Assembly: GCA_038746285.1 (NCBI GenBank)
Contig: JBCDKT010000003.1
Coordinates: forward strand, 80,003-144,002
Length of the DNA: 64,000 nt
Origin: Bacteroidota bacterium
GTDB lineage: Bacteria; Bacteroidota; Rhodothermia; Rhodothermales; JANQRZ01
Direction: 5' to 3'
The notes beneath the pieces were generated by a model. It ran no database searches. It was given only the letters and a program-made list of their open reading frames with translations, and had not been told where the DNA came from. Both the position numbers and the translations under genes were made by a program. Positions 1 through 7,683 of this stretch are shown here, piece after piece; the stretch's first letter is position 1, and each line of letters opens with the position of its first letter.

Positions 1-777
1 CTGCTGTCGCCCGAGTTGAGCGCCTTGTAGCCGCCGTTCGAGGTCGGCTGCTTCTGCTTCAGGATGTCGGCTTCGAGCGTCGCGCCGATGTGGTTGGCCT
101 GCCCGGTGAGGTCGGCGCTGTTCTCGTGGTTGGTGCCGTCGACGGTGAAGCCCTCGTTGCGGAGGTAGCACCACAGGACAGTCGCCATGCCGAGTTCGTG
201 GGCGCGGGCGAAGGCCTCGGAGACCTCCACGATCTGCCGGTTCGAGCCGTCGCTGCCGAAGTAGATCGTCGCCCCGACCGCGACGCAGCCCATCTCGTAC
301 GCCTGCTCCACTTGGGCAAACATGATCTGGTCGTACGTGTTGGGGTAGGTCAACAGCTCGTTGTGGTTGAGCTTGAGCAGCATCGGGATTTTGTGGGCGT
401 ATTTCCGCGCGACGGCTCCGAGCGCGCCGTAGGTCGTCGCGACGGCATTGCAGCCGCCCTCGATGGCGAGTTCGACGATCTTGGCCGGGTCGAAGTAGTC
501 CGGGTTCTTGGCGAAGCTCGCGCCGCCGGCGTGCTCGATGCCCTGGTCGACGGGGAGGATCGAGAGGTAGCCCGTCCCGCCGAGGCGGCCGTGGTCGTAC
601 ATCGCCTGGAGCGAGCGCAGCACCGGGATCGAGCGGTCAGACTCGCGCCAGACACGGTCCACGAAGTCGGGGCCGGGAAGGTAGAGCCGGTCCTTCGAGA
701 TGGCCGGGGTCGAAAAGCCGAGGAGGTCGTCGGCTTCGTCGCCGAGGAGGTCTTCGAGGTGCGCGGTGTCAGCCATG
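1..777 (-). CDS. fbaB: Class I fructose-bisphosphate aldolase (FbaB/DhnA family); C-terminal end lies beyond the window edge
   Basis: Own minus-strand translation from ATG (revcomp of cat 775-777): [97 protein letters not shown]...[11 protein letters not shown]. Missing from the ORF track only because no stop lies inside the window. ORFs 90..911(+) and 350..865(-) are shadow frames. Confidence 0.85.
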
Positions 778-840
778 ATAAATCGGGGGTGAGAAGCAGC
801 GGTGCGAGAGCGCATAAAGTACGCATTGGCCTATTCGGCG

Positions 841-899
841 GGTTAGCGCGGCGGCTGAACTTCAAGCGGAATCCGTGTGGGGGCTGTCCGAGTCGAGGG
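841..899. repeat. Diverged duplicate (relic) of the 3' end of the FAD-oxidoreductase gene; left flank of the ATPase/TOPRIM cassette
   Basis: Hand alignment of 842-892 to 2812-2860 gives about 37 of 51 columns identical with one 2-nt gap. Core is GGAATCCG(T/C)GTGGGG(G/T)CTG..CGAG. The complement of a stop codon (tta 843-845 vs cta 2813-2815) sits at the same aligned position. Confidence 0.55.
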
Positions 900-940
900 C
901 GCTATATTTAGCCGAGCGACGCACCGCACTGCCCTTAGCC

Positions 941-2113
941 ATGTCCGACTTGCTGCTCGACAGCCTGCTCATCGAGAACTTCCGTGCCTTCAAGCGGCTG
1001 GAGGTGAAGGAGCTTGGCCGGGTCAACCTGATCGTCGGGAAGAACAACGTCGGGAAGACGGCCCTGCTCGAAGCACTCTGGTTGTATGCTGCGCGAGGGG
1101 CGCAGCACGTTCTGGCTGAGGTTGTTCGGCGGCGAGACGAAGTAGCTTTTTTATCTGCGCGGCTTCGTCCTGAGGAGCCTTTTGATTGGACGCAGGCCAT
1201 TTCAAGTCTGCGTTATGGAAGGCCTTCTCCTGCTGAACTACCTGATGTCGGGCAGAACCACGATGCTTACAGCTCGATCGATGAGAGGCAACTTTTCTCC
1301 GTAGGCTCTGCCTATGCTACCTCGACTGCCGTGCATTTCACACTCGAGATGCCCAGGGTAGGATTGAGTATTCACGATCCCGCTTATCAAAAAGAGATGT
1401 GGTTCGGGGCAGTAAATCCCGAATGGTTGGCTGGTCAGAATGAGCGTTACCCTCTCGCGGGAAGCCTAGCGAAAGCACTAGGAGCGCGTCCGCCGCATTC
1501 AATGGTCCCTCACTATTTTGTGCCGTCATCAGGGCTGAGTCTCTCTAAACTGAGTCTCGCCTGGAAGGAGGTTGTGCTAGCAGGCAGAAAGGATGTGGCT
1601 CGGAGGGCAATTCGCAAGATCGACGGTAGTATAAAAGATATAGACTTTGTATCGGCTGCTGACGTATTCGATAGGGAAAGCGATAGAGATATAGAGTTGT
1701 CTCTCATTCCGATATGCCAGCGCGAGAACGAGGTCGTGCCAGTTCCGCTGAGGAGCATGGGAGAGGGTATGGATCGCCTGCTTGGACTGGGTCTTGCTAT
1801 CGTAGTAGCAGATGGAAGAAACGGGGGGATACTGCTGGTAGATGAGATCGAGAACGGACTTCACTACTCGGTGCAGCCGGACATGTGGCGGCTGGTCTTT
1901 GAGACGGCGGCAAAGCTCAACGTGCAGGTTTTCGCCACAACGCACAGCCTCGACTGCATCCGGGCGTTCCAGGCGGTGGCCGAGGAGCACCCGGAGGAGG
2001 GGCGGCTGATCAGCCTGCGGCGGAAGCAGGACGCGCCGGATGAGATCGTAGCCATCGAGTTCGACGAGCAGGGCATGGAATCCATTGTGCGCTCCCACAT
2101 CGAAGTCCGCTGA
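941..2113 (+). CDS. ABC/AAA_21-type ATPase (OLD / AbiLi / AriA-like), 390 aa
   Basis: ORF track 875..2113; preferred start is ATG 941 (MSDLLLDSLLIENFRAFKRLEV...). Walker A GKNNVGKT, signature-like SMGEGMDRLL, Walker B ILLVDEIENGLH, H-loop ATTHS. The central part is visibly less GC-rich than the flanks. Confidence 0.75.
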   Translation: MSDLLLDSLLIENFRAFKRLEVKELGRVNLIVGKNNVGKTALLEALWLYAARGAQHVLAEVVRRRDEVAFLSARLRPEEPFDWTQAISSLRYGRPSPAELPDVGQNHDAYSSIDERQLFSVGSAYATSTAVHFTLEMPRVGLSIHDPAYQKEMWFGAVNPEWLAGQNERYPLAGSLAKALGARPPHSMVPHYFVPSSGLSLSKLSLAWKEVVLAGRKDVARRAIRKIDGSIKDIDFVSAADVFDRESDRDIELSLIPICQRENEVVPVPLRSMGEGMDRLLGLGLAIVVADGRNGGILLVDEIENGLHYSVQPDMWRLVFETAAKLNVQVFATTHSLDCIRAFQAVAEEHPEEGRLISLRRKQDAPDEIVAIEFDEQGMESIVRSHIEVR

Positions 2114-2117
2114 GACG

Positions 2118-2816
2118 ATGGCGCATCGGTTCCGTCTGCTCGTGGAAGGCCAAGACGACTGGCACGTCCTGAGTAACTTGCTGAACGAGCACGGGGTCGA
2201 GGCATGGCGTGTCAGGCCGAGTAGCCGGGAAGACATCGGCGACAAGATCGCGGTCGAGGCAGCGGGAGGGGAAGAAGACGCCAAGAAGGGTGGGGTTGAT
2301 AGGCTGCTTAAGGACCTGGCATTCCAACTCCAGCAGAGCGACCAGGAGCGGGTCGGGATCGTCGTCGATGCTGACGAGAACCTTGCAGCACGGTGGCAAG
2401 CGGTATGCACTCGAATCGGACGTGCAGGCAATGTGGACCTACCGGGGGCACCCGATCCAGCCGGTACGGTCGTCACGCTGGAGCAGCCGGACCGAACGCT
2501 GGTGGTCGGCGTCTGGCTGATGCCGGACAACACAGATGACGGCATGATCGAGGACTTTCTGCGCTTCCTGGTCCCGGAAGGTGACGCTCTGCTGCCTCGT
2601 GCCGAACGCTGCCTTGAAGCCATCCCAGAGAACGAGCGACTCTTCGCGCAGGGAGACGCAGACCACACCTCGAAGGCGCTCATGCATACGTGGCTAGCGT
2701 GGCAAGACGAGCCGGGGCGACCGCTCGGGCAAGCCGTTACGCATCGCTACCTCGATGCTCAAGCGCCCCGTGCGCTGGCTTTCGTCGAGTGGGCGAAGCG
2801 CCTGTTCGGCCGCTAA
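2118..2816 (+). CDS. TOPRIM-like partner protein (DUF3226 / DUF4435 / RloB-like), 232 aa
   Basis: In-frame ATG 2118 within ORF 2085..2816, 4 nt after the ATPase stop. N-terminal FRLLVEGQDD supplies the TOPRIM Glu and GIVVDADEN the DxD motif. The exact Pfam family cannot be assigned without an HMM search. Confidence 0.6.
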   Translation: MAHRFRLLVEGQDDWHVLSNLLNEHGVEAWRVRPSSREDIGDKIAVEAAGGEEDAKKGGVDRLLKDLAFQLQQSDQERVGIVVDADENLAARWQAVCTRIGRAGNVDLPGAPDPAGTVVTLEQPDRTLVVGVWLMPDNTDDGMIEDFLRFLVPEGDALLPRAERCLEAIPENERLFAQGDADHTSKALMHTWLAWQDEPGRPLGQAVTHRYLDAQAPRALAFVEWAKRLFGR

Positions 2817-2870
2817 CGCGGCACTCGAACCTCTGGTGGAATCCGCGTGGGGTCTGCGAGGTAGTCGGGG
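2811..2870. repeat. Right-flank copy of the duplicated segment (the functional 3' end of the FAD-oxidoreductase gene)
   Basis: Partner of 841-899. It encodes the last ~17 codons (DYLADPTRIPPEVRVPR*) of the minus-strand gene 2813..3877. Confidence 0.55.
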
Positions 2871-3877
2871 AGGTGCCGAACGAGGAGGGGAACCGTGAGC
2901 AAGCCCTTCGACCCGAGTCCGCTGAACACCCACACGCGCCGATGGCCCAGCGGCCCGAGGAGCGGGAGCCGGCGCGGCGAGTGGGTGCGCGGAACGGTCA
3001 CCCGGACGCCCGCCCGTGCGCCGAGAATCGCGGCGTCGGCGAGGGCCGGGAGCATCTGCGCTGCCTTCGCCCGCAGCGCTTCGGACTGTGCCCGGTGCGG
3101 CTCAACGTCGTCGAAGGTGTGCTCGTACGAACTGCCGACGATGAGCGCGCTCCCATCCGGCACGACGTAGCCGAAGCCGGAGAGTGCGGGGAGGTCGACG
3201 AGGCCGTCGGGCCGGGCGAGGCGGATCGTCTGGCCTTTGATGCGGTGGAGCGGAAGCGCGCTGAGCGGGGAGAAATGCCGGAACCCGTCGCCCAGAGCAA
3301 GCATGAGGTGGTGAGCGTCGATCCGCTCGCCGGTGACCATCGTCACTGAGACGGCGCGCTCGGTCTCGGTCCAGCCCGTCACGCGCATGCCGGTGCGGAC
3401 CGCCGCCCCGCGCGCCTCGGCCGCCCGGAGCAGCACCGTCACCATCTCGGCGAGATCGACGGACCCACCGCCGGGAACCCACAGCGCACCGTGCGGAGCA
3501 GCGACGTCGGGGTACTTGGCGGCGAGCGTGTCGGGCGAGTGCCAGGCGGCGTGCTCCGGCAGCGCCTCGGCGCGGGTGCGGAAGTGGTGCGCCTGCGCTT
3601 CGTCGCGGGCGGGACGGAGCACGCCGGTGGCGCGGAACAGGTCGGTAGCGCCCGCGAGGGCGAGCGTCTCGTGGAGGGCAGCCAGCGCCTCCTCGAAGCG
3701 CCACGCCGGGTTCGCCCGCTGGCCCATCATCGGGTTGACGAGACCTGCCGCCGCGCCGGATGCGCCCGCCGCCGGTCGCTCGGCTTCGAGGACGGTCACC
3801 GCACCGCCGTGCTCGGCGAGCCACAGCGCCGCCGACGCCCCAGCGAGTCCTGCTCCGACGATCACGGTGCGCAGCAT
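2813..3877 (-). CDS. FAD-dependent oxidoreductase (DAO superfamily)
   Basis: ORF track 354 aa. N-terminal Rossmann dinucleotide motif VIVGAGLAGASAALWLAE. Its stop overlaps the convergent TOPRIM gene stop by 4 nt. Confidence 0.8.
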   Translation of the reverse strand: MLRTVIVGAGLAGASAALWLAEHGGAVTVLEAERPAAGASGAAAGLVNPMMGQRANPAWRFEEALAALHETLALAGATDLFRATGVLRPARDEAQAHHFRTRAEALPEHAAWHSPDTLAAKYPDVAAPHGALWVPGGGSVDLAEMVTVLLRAAEARGAAVRTGMRVTGWTETERAVSVTMVTGERIDAHHLMLALGDGFRHFSPLSALPLHRIKGQTIRLARPDGLVDLPALSGFGYVVPDGSALIVGSSYEHTFDDVEPHRAQSEALRAKAAQMLPALADAAILGARAGVRVTVPRTHSPRRLPLLGPLGHRRVWVFSGLGSKGLLTVPLLVRHLPDYLADPTRIPPEVRVPR

Positions 3878-3935
3878 ACGGCCTTTGTCAGTTGTTCGTG
3901 GATACGGTCGGCGGCAGCGGGGTACAACCGAACCT

Positions 3936-5120
3936 ATGACTGCTACCCCTCCACCTTCAACCGAGGTCGCCGTCGTCGGCGGCGGCGTGGTCGGCCTCGC
4001 CCTCGCGTGGCGGCTCGCCGAGCGGGGCCGCCGCGTGACGGTGCTGGAGCGCGAGGCTGTCGGGCGCGGGGCCTCCTACGCGGCGGCCGGGATGCTTGCG
4101 CCCGCCGCCGAGATTCAGTTCGAGGAAGCCGACCTCTACCGGCTCGGTCGGGAGAGCCTGCGCCGCTGGCCCGCCTTCGCCCGCGACCTCGAAGCCGCGA
4201 GCGGGATCGGCGTGGACTACCGCGGTGAGGGCACCCTCGTCGTCGCCGACGACCGCGACGCGGCCGAGGCGCTGCGGCGGCTCTACCGGTTCCAGCAGGA
4301 CCACGGCGTGCCCGTCGAGTGGCTGACTGGGGCCGAGGCGCGCGAAATCGAACCCATGCTCTCGCCTCGTCTCGCAGCCGCCGTCCACTCGCCCGAGGAC
4401 CACCAGGTGGACAACCGGCGGGTGCTGGAGGCCCTGCGCGTCGCCGCCGAACGCGCCGGCGTGACGGTCCGGGAGCAGACACCGGTGCGGGCCGTCGAGC
4501 CCAACGCAACGCGTCCCGCTGTCGTTACCGGCGAGGGCGAGCGCATCGAGGCGTCGGCCGTGGTGCTCGCCGCCGGGGCGTGGGTGCGCAGCATCGACGG
4601 CATCGAGCCGGCACCGCCGGTGCGCCCGGTGAAAGGGCAGATGCTGTCGCTGCAGATGGAGCGTCCGTTCGAGTTGCGCCACGTCGTGCGCGGGCCGGAC
4701 GCCTACCTCGTCCCGAAGTCCGACGGCCGCCTCGTCGTCGGCGCGACGAGCGAGGAGCAGGGGTTCGACACGGCGCTGACGGCGGGGGGGCTGTACCGCC
4801 TGCTCGAAGCGGCCGTCGAGGTCGTTCCTGGGATCGAAGAACTGAAGGTGACCGAGACGTGGGCGGGGCTGCGGCCCGCGAGCCGGGACCACGCGCCGCT
4901 GATCGGGACGGCCGCGCCGGGCGTTGTCCTCGCTGCCGGGCACTACCGGCACGGCGTCCTCCTCACGCCCGTCACAGCCGCCGAGCTCGCGCTCGACATA
5001 GACAGCGCCCTCGCGGAAACCACAGAACGCGGAGCATCCGGGTACTCTGTGCCCGAAACCTCCGAATGGCTCGCCCCGTTTGCCCCGGCCCGCTTCGACC
5101 CCGCTTTCCCCGACTCCTGA
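3936..5120 (+). CDS. thiO: Glycine oxidase ThiO
   Basis: In-frame ATG 3936 inside ORF 3333..5120. MTATPPPSTEVAVVGGGVVGLALAWRLAERGRRVTVLE..., DAO fold. First gene of a thiS-thiG-thiE-thiD operon. The upstream 200 codons of the track ORF overlap the minus-strand gene and are rejected. Confidence 0.85.
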   Translation: MTATPPPSTEVAVVGGGVVGLALAWRLAERGRRVTVLEREAVGRGASYAAAGMLAPAAEIQFEEADLYRLGRESLRRWPAFARDLEAASGIGVDYRGEGTLVVADDRDAAEALRRLYRFQQDHGVPVEWLTGAEAREIEPMLSPRLAAAVHSPEDHQVDNRRVLEALRVAAERAGVTVREQTPVRAVEPNATRPAVVTGEGERIEASAVVLAAGAWVRSIDGIEPAPPVRPVKGQMLSLQMERPFELRHVVRGPDAYLVPKSDGRLVVGATSEEQGFDTALTAGGLYRLLEAAVEVVPGIEELKVTETWAGLRPASRDHAPLIGTAAPGVVLAAGHYRHGVLLTPVTAAELALDIDSALAETTERGASGYSVPETSEWLAPFAPARFDPAFPDS

Positions 5121-5344
5121 TGTCCACTGACACCCTCATCCCGATCACCGTCAACGGCGAGGCGCGCGACGTGCCCGCCGGGCTCGCGCTGCCGGACCTG
5201 CTGCGCCACCTCGACCTCGACCCGGAGCAGCCGGGCATCGCCGTCGCCGTCGGCCAGACCGTCGTCCGCCGCGCCGTGTGGCCGGAGACGCCGGTCGAAG
5301 CCGGCGACGAAGTCGAGATCATCACCGCCACACAAGGAGGCTAG
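5120..5344 (+). CDS. thiS: Sulfur carrier protein ThiS (74 aa)
   Basis: ATG overlaps the thiO stop (TGATG). MSTDTLIPITVNGEARDVPAGLALPDLL...EIITATQGG with C-terminal GG. It is the tail of track ORF 4319..5344. Confidence 0.85.
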   Translation: MSTDTLIPITVNGEARDVPAGLALPDLLRHLDLDPEQPGIAVAVGQTVVRRAVWPETPVEAGDEVEIITATQGG

Positions 5345-5347
5345 GGC

Positions 5348-6208
5348 GTGACGAGCGACGAACGACAAGCGACGAATGGGCGTCATCCCGTAGGGGCGCG
5401 GCATGCCGCGCCCGCTGTCGCCGAGCCGGCCGAGGACCTGCTCAAGATCGGACCCCTTGCGCTGCGCTCCCGCGTGCTGGTCGGGACGAGCCGGTACCCG
5501 AGCCCGCAGGTCATGCTCGGCGCCCTCGAGGCGTCCGGCACGGAGCTCGTCACGGTCTCGATCCGCCGCGTGAACCTCGCCGACACCGACGGCGAGAGCC
5601 TCCTCGGGCTGCTCCGCGCGCGCGGCTACCACCTCCTCCCGAACACGGCGGGTTGCTACACCGCCCGCGAGGCCGTCCTCACCGCCGGGCTCGCCCGCGA
5701 GGCGCTGGAGACGGACCTCGTCAAGCTCGAAGTCATCGGCGACGACGAGACCCTCTACCCGGACGTGGAGCAGCTTCTGAAAGCGGCGAAGCAGCTCGTA
5801 GACGACGGCTTCCACGTCCTCGCCTACGCGGGCGACGACCCCATCACCTGCCGCAAGCTGGCCGACCTCGGCTGCGCCGCCGTGATGCCGCTCGCCGCGC
5901 CCATCGGCAGCGGGATGGGCCTCGTCAACCCGTACGCACTCCGCATCATCCGCGAGCTGCTGCCCGACGTGCCGCTCCTCGTCGACGCCGGGATCGGGAC
6001 GGCGAGCGATGCGGCGCGGGCGATGGAACTCGGCTACGACGGCGTCCTCCTCAACACGGCGATCTCGGGGGCCGAGCGGCCTGCGCTGATGGCTGCCGCC
6101 ATTCGCCACGCGGTCGAGGCCGGGCGGCTCGCGCACCTCGCCGGGCGGATCCCGCACCGCCTCTACGCGAAGGCTTCGTCGCCCGCCGACGGGCGGATCG
6201 GCGTGTGA
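5348..6208 (+). CDS. thiG: Thiazole synthase ThiG
   Basis: ORF track 286 aa. Conserved core ...[21 protein letters not shown]...DDETLYPD...[14 protein letters not shown] start 8 nt after AAGGAGG. About 30 N-terminal codons are atypical and contain a palindromic repeat. Confidence 0.88.
   Translation: MTSDERQATNGRHPVGARHAAPAVAEPAEDLLKIGPLALRSRVLVGTSRYPSPQVMLGALEASGTELVTVSIRRVNLADTDGESLLGLLRARGYHLLPNTAGCYTAREAVLTAGLAREALETDLVKLEVIGDDETLYPDVEQLLKAAKQLVDDGFHVLAYAGDDPITCRKLADLGCAAVMPLAAPIGSGMGLVNPYALRIIRELLPDVPLLVDAGIGTASDAARAMELGYDGVLLNTAISGAERPALMAAAIRHAVEAGRLAHLAGRIPHRLYAKASSPADGRIGV
5390..5415. repeat. GTAGGGGCG-type palindromic element lying inside the thiG 5' coding region
   Basis: GTAGGGGCGCGGCATGCCGCGCCC. 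Positions 5394-5413 form a perfect 20-nt palindrome GGGCGCGGCA|TGCCGCGCCC. It shares the GTAGGGGCG head with 37590 and 41229. Confidence 0.7.
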
Positions 6209-6855
6209 CAGCGGGCAGCGGACAGAGGACCGCCGACGGCGAGCGTCGCGCCCTGCCGCGCCTCGTGCTGATCGCCGACGGGTTTACGAGCGAGGCGGTG
6301 CAGCGGCAGGTCCTCGAAGCCGTGCAGGCGGGGCGGCTGTGGCTGCACCTGCGCGACCACGCAGCGTCCGACGAGGCGTTCGCCCAGGCAGCCCACGCGC
6401 TGGCAGCGCAGGTGCGAGCTGTTCGGCCTGGGACGCTCGTCTCCGTCAACACCCGCACCGAAGTAGCTCGGCCGCTTGGGGTCGGGCTCCACGTCGGCAC
6501 GCGCGGGCCGTCGGTCGCCGAGGCGCGACGTCGGCACCCCGGTGCGCTGCTGAGCTACGCTGCCCACACGCCCAGCGAGGCGCGAGCCGCCGCCGAGCAG
6601 GGTGCCGACGCCGTGCTCTTCAGCCCGATCTTTCCGACGACGAGCAAGCCCGGCCACCTCGGCATCGGCCTCGAAGCCCTGGCGGCGTGCTGCGCGGCGG
6701 TGCCGGACACGCCCGTCTTCGCGCTCGGCGGGATCACCCCGGCGCGTGCCGCGTCGTGTCTCAGCGCCGGGGCCTACGGCGTCGCCGTGCTCTCCGGCAT
6801 CCTTCGCGCACCTGACCCCGCTGCTGCTACCGCCCTCTACCTCGACGCGCTATGA
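6205..6855 (+). CDS. thiE: Thiamine-phosphate synthase ThiE
   Basis: Frame of track ORF 5278..6855. GTG 6205 overlaps the thiG stop (GTGTGA). ...LVLIADGF...LWLHLRDH...GVGLHVG...[18 protein letters not shown]...FALGGI. Confidence 0.8.
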   Translation: MTAGSGQRTADGERRALPRLVLIADGFTSEAVQRQVLEAVQAGRLWLHLRDHAASDEAFAQAAHALAAQVRAVRPGTLVSVNTRTEVARPLGVGLHVGTRGPSVAEARRRHPGALLSYAAHTPSEARAAAEQGADAVLFSPIFPTTSKPGHLGIGLEALAACCAAVPDTPVFALGGITPARAASCLSAGAYGVAVLSGILRAPDPAAATALYLDAL

Positions 6856-7682
6856 CTCCCGAACCTCACCCCAAACCGCTCGCCCTCACCATTGCCGGCA
6901 GCGACTCCGGCGGCGGGGCCGGTATCCAGGCCGACATCAAGGCGATGGAGGCCAACGGCGTCTTCGCCGCGAGCGTGATCGCCGCCGTCACCGCGCAAAA
7001 CACGAAGGCCGTCACCGCCGCCTTCGACCTCCCGCTCGGCATCATCGAAGCCCAGCTCGACGCCGTCGCCGACGACTTCGACTTCGGCGCGGTCAAGACG
7101 GGCATGCTCTCCTCGGCGGCGATCATCGACCTCGTGGCGCGGAAGGTTCAGGAGTACGGCTCCGGGACGCGTCCCCTCGGCCCGCTCGTCGTGGACCCGG
7201 TGATGATCTCGAAGAGCGGCTTCGCCCTGCTGAAGCCCGACGCCGTCGAGGCGATGAAGCACCGCCTGATCCCGCTCGCCGCGCTCGTCACCCCGAACAC
7301 GCACGAGGCCGAGCGCCTGGCCGACACGGAAATCCGCACCCTCGACGACGCTGAGGCGGCCGCGCGGTCCATCGCCGCGCTCGGGGCCGGTGCCGTCCTC
7401 GTCAAAGGCGGCCACCTCGACGGTGAGGCGGACGCGGTCGACGTGCTCTTCGACGGCGCGGAGATGCACCACCTCCGCGCCGAGCGGATCGACACGCCGC
7501 ACACGCACGGGACGGGCTGCACCTACGCTTCGGCGATTGCCGCACACCTGGCGCGCGGCGCGGCGCTGACCGAGGCCGTAGAGCGGGCGAAGGCCTATGT
7601 CACCGAGGCGATCCGCCACGGCCTCCCCATCGGCGGCGGCCACGGCCCGACGAACCACTTCTTCGCCCTCGCCGAAGCCTGA
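6852..7682 (+). CDS. thiD: Hydroxymethylpyrimidine / phosphomethylpyrimidine kinase ThiD
   Basis: ORF track 276 aa. ATG overlaps the thiE stop (ATGA). [19 protein letters not shown]...TPNTHEAE...VKGGHL...HTHGTGCT. Confidence 0.9.
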   Translation: MTPEPHPKPLALTIAGSDSGGGAGIQADIKAMEANGVFAASVIAAVTAQNTKAVTAAFDLPLGIIEAQLDAVADDFDFGAVKTGMLSSAAIIDLVARKVQEYGSGTRPLGPLVVDPVMISKSGFALLKPDAVEAMKHRLIPLAALVTPNTHEAERLADTEIRTLDDAEAAARSIAALGAGAVLVKGGHLDGEADAVDVLFDGAEMHHLRAERIDTPHTHGTGCTYASAIAAHLARGAALTEAVERAKAYVTEAIRHGLPIGGGHGPTNHFFALAEA

Positions 7683-7683
7683 C

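Noticed and set aside
90-2683. ORFs 90..911(+), 350..865(-), 862..1200(-) and 1577..2683(-).
   Set aside because: These overlap fbaB or the ATPase/TOPRIM genes in other frames or on the other strand. They show no protein-like features, while the chosen frames carry complete catalytic motif sets.
3333-3935. N-terminal 200 codons of track ORF 3333..5120, which would extend ThiO.
   Set aside because: The extension overlaps the minus-strand FAD oxidoreductase and is Ala/Arg/Ser-rich. The Rossmann motif and homology begin right after the internal ATG at 3936.
3878-3935. Possible TPP riboswitch upstream of the thi operon.
   Set aside because: Only about 58 nt are available. No thi-box-like CUGAGA / ACCUGAUCUGGAUAAUGCC elements are visible on either strand.
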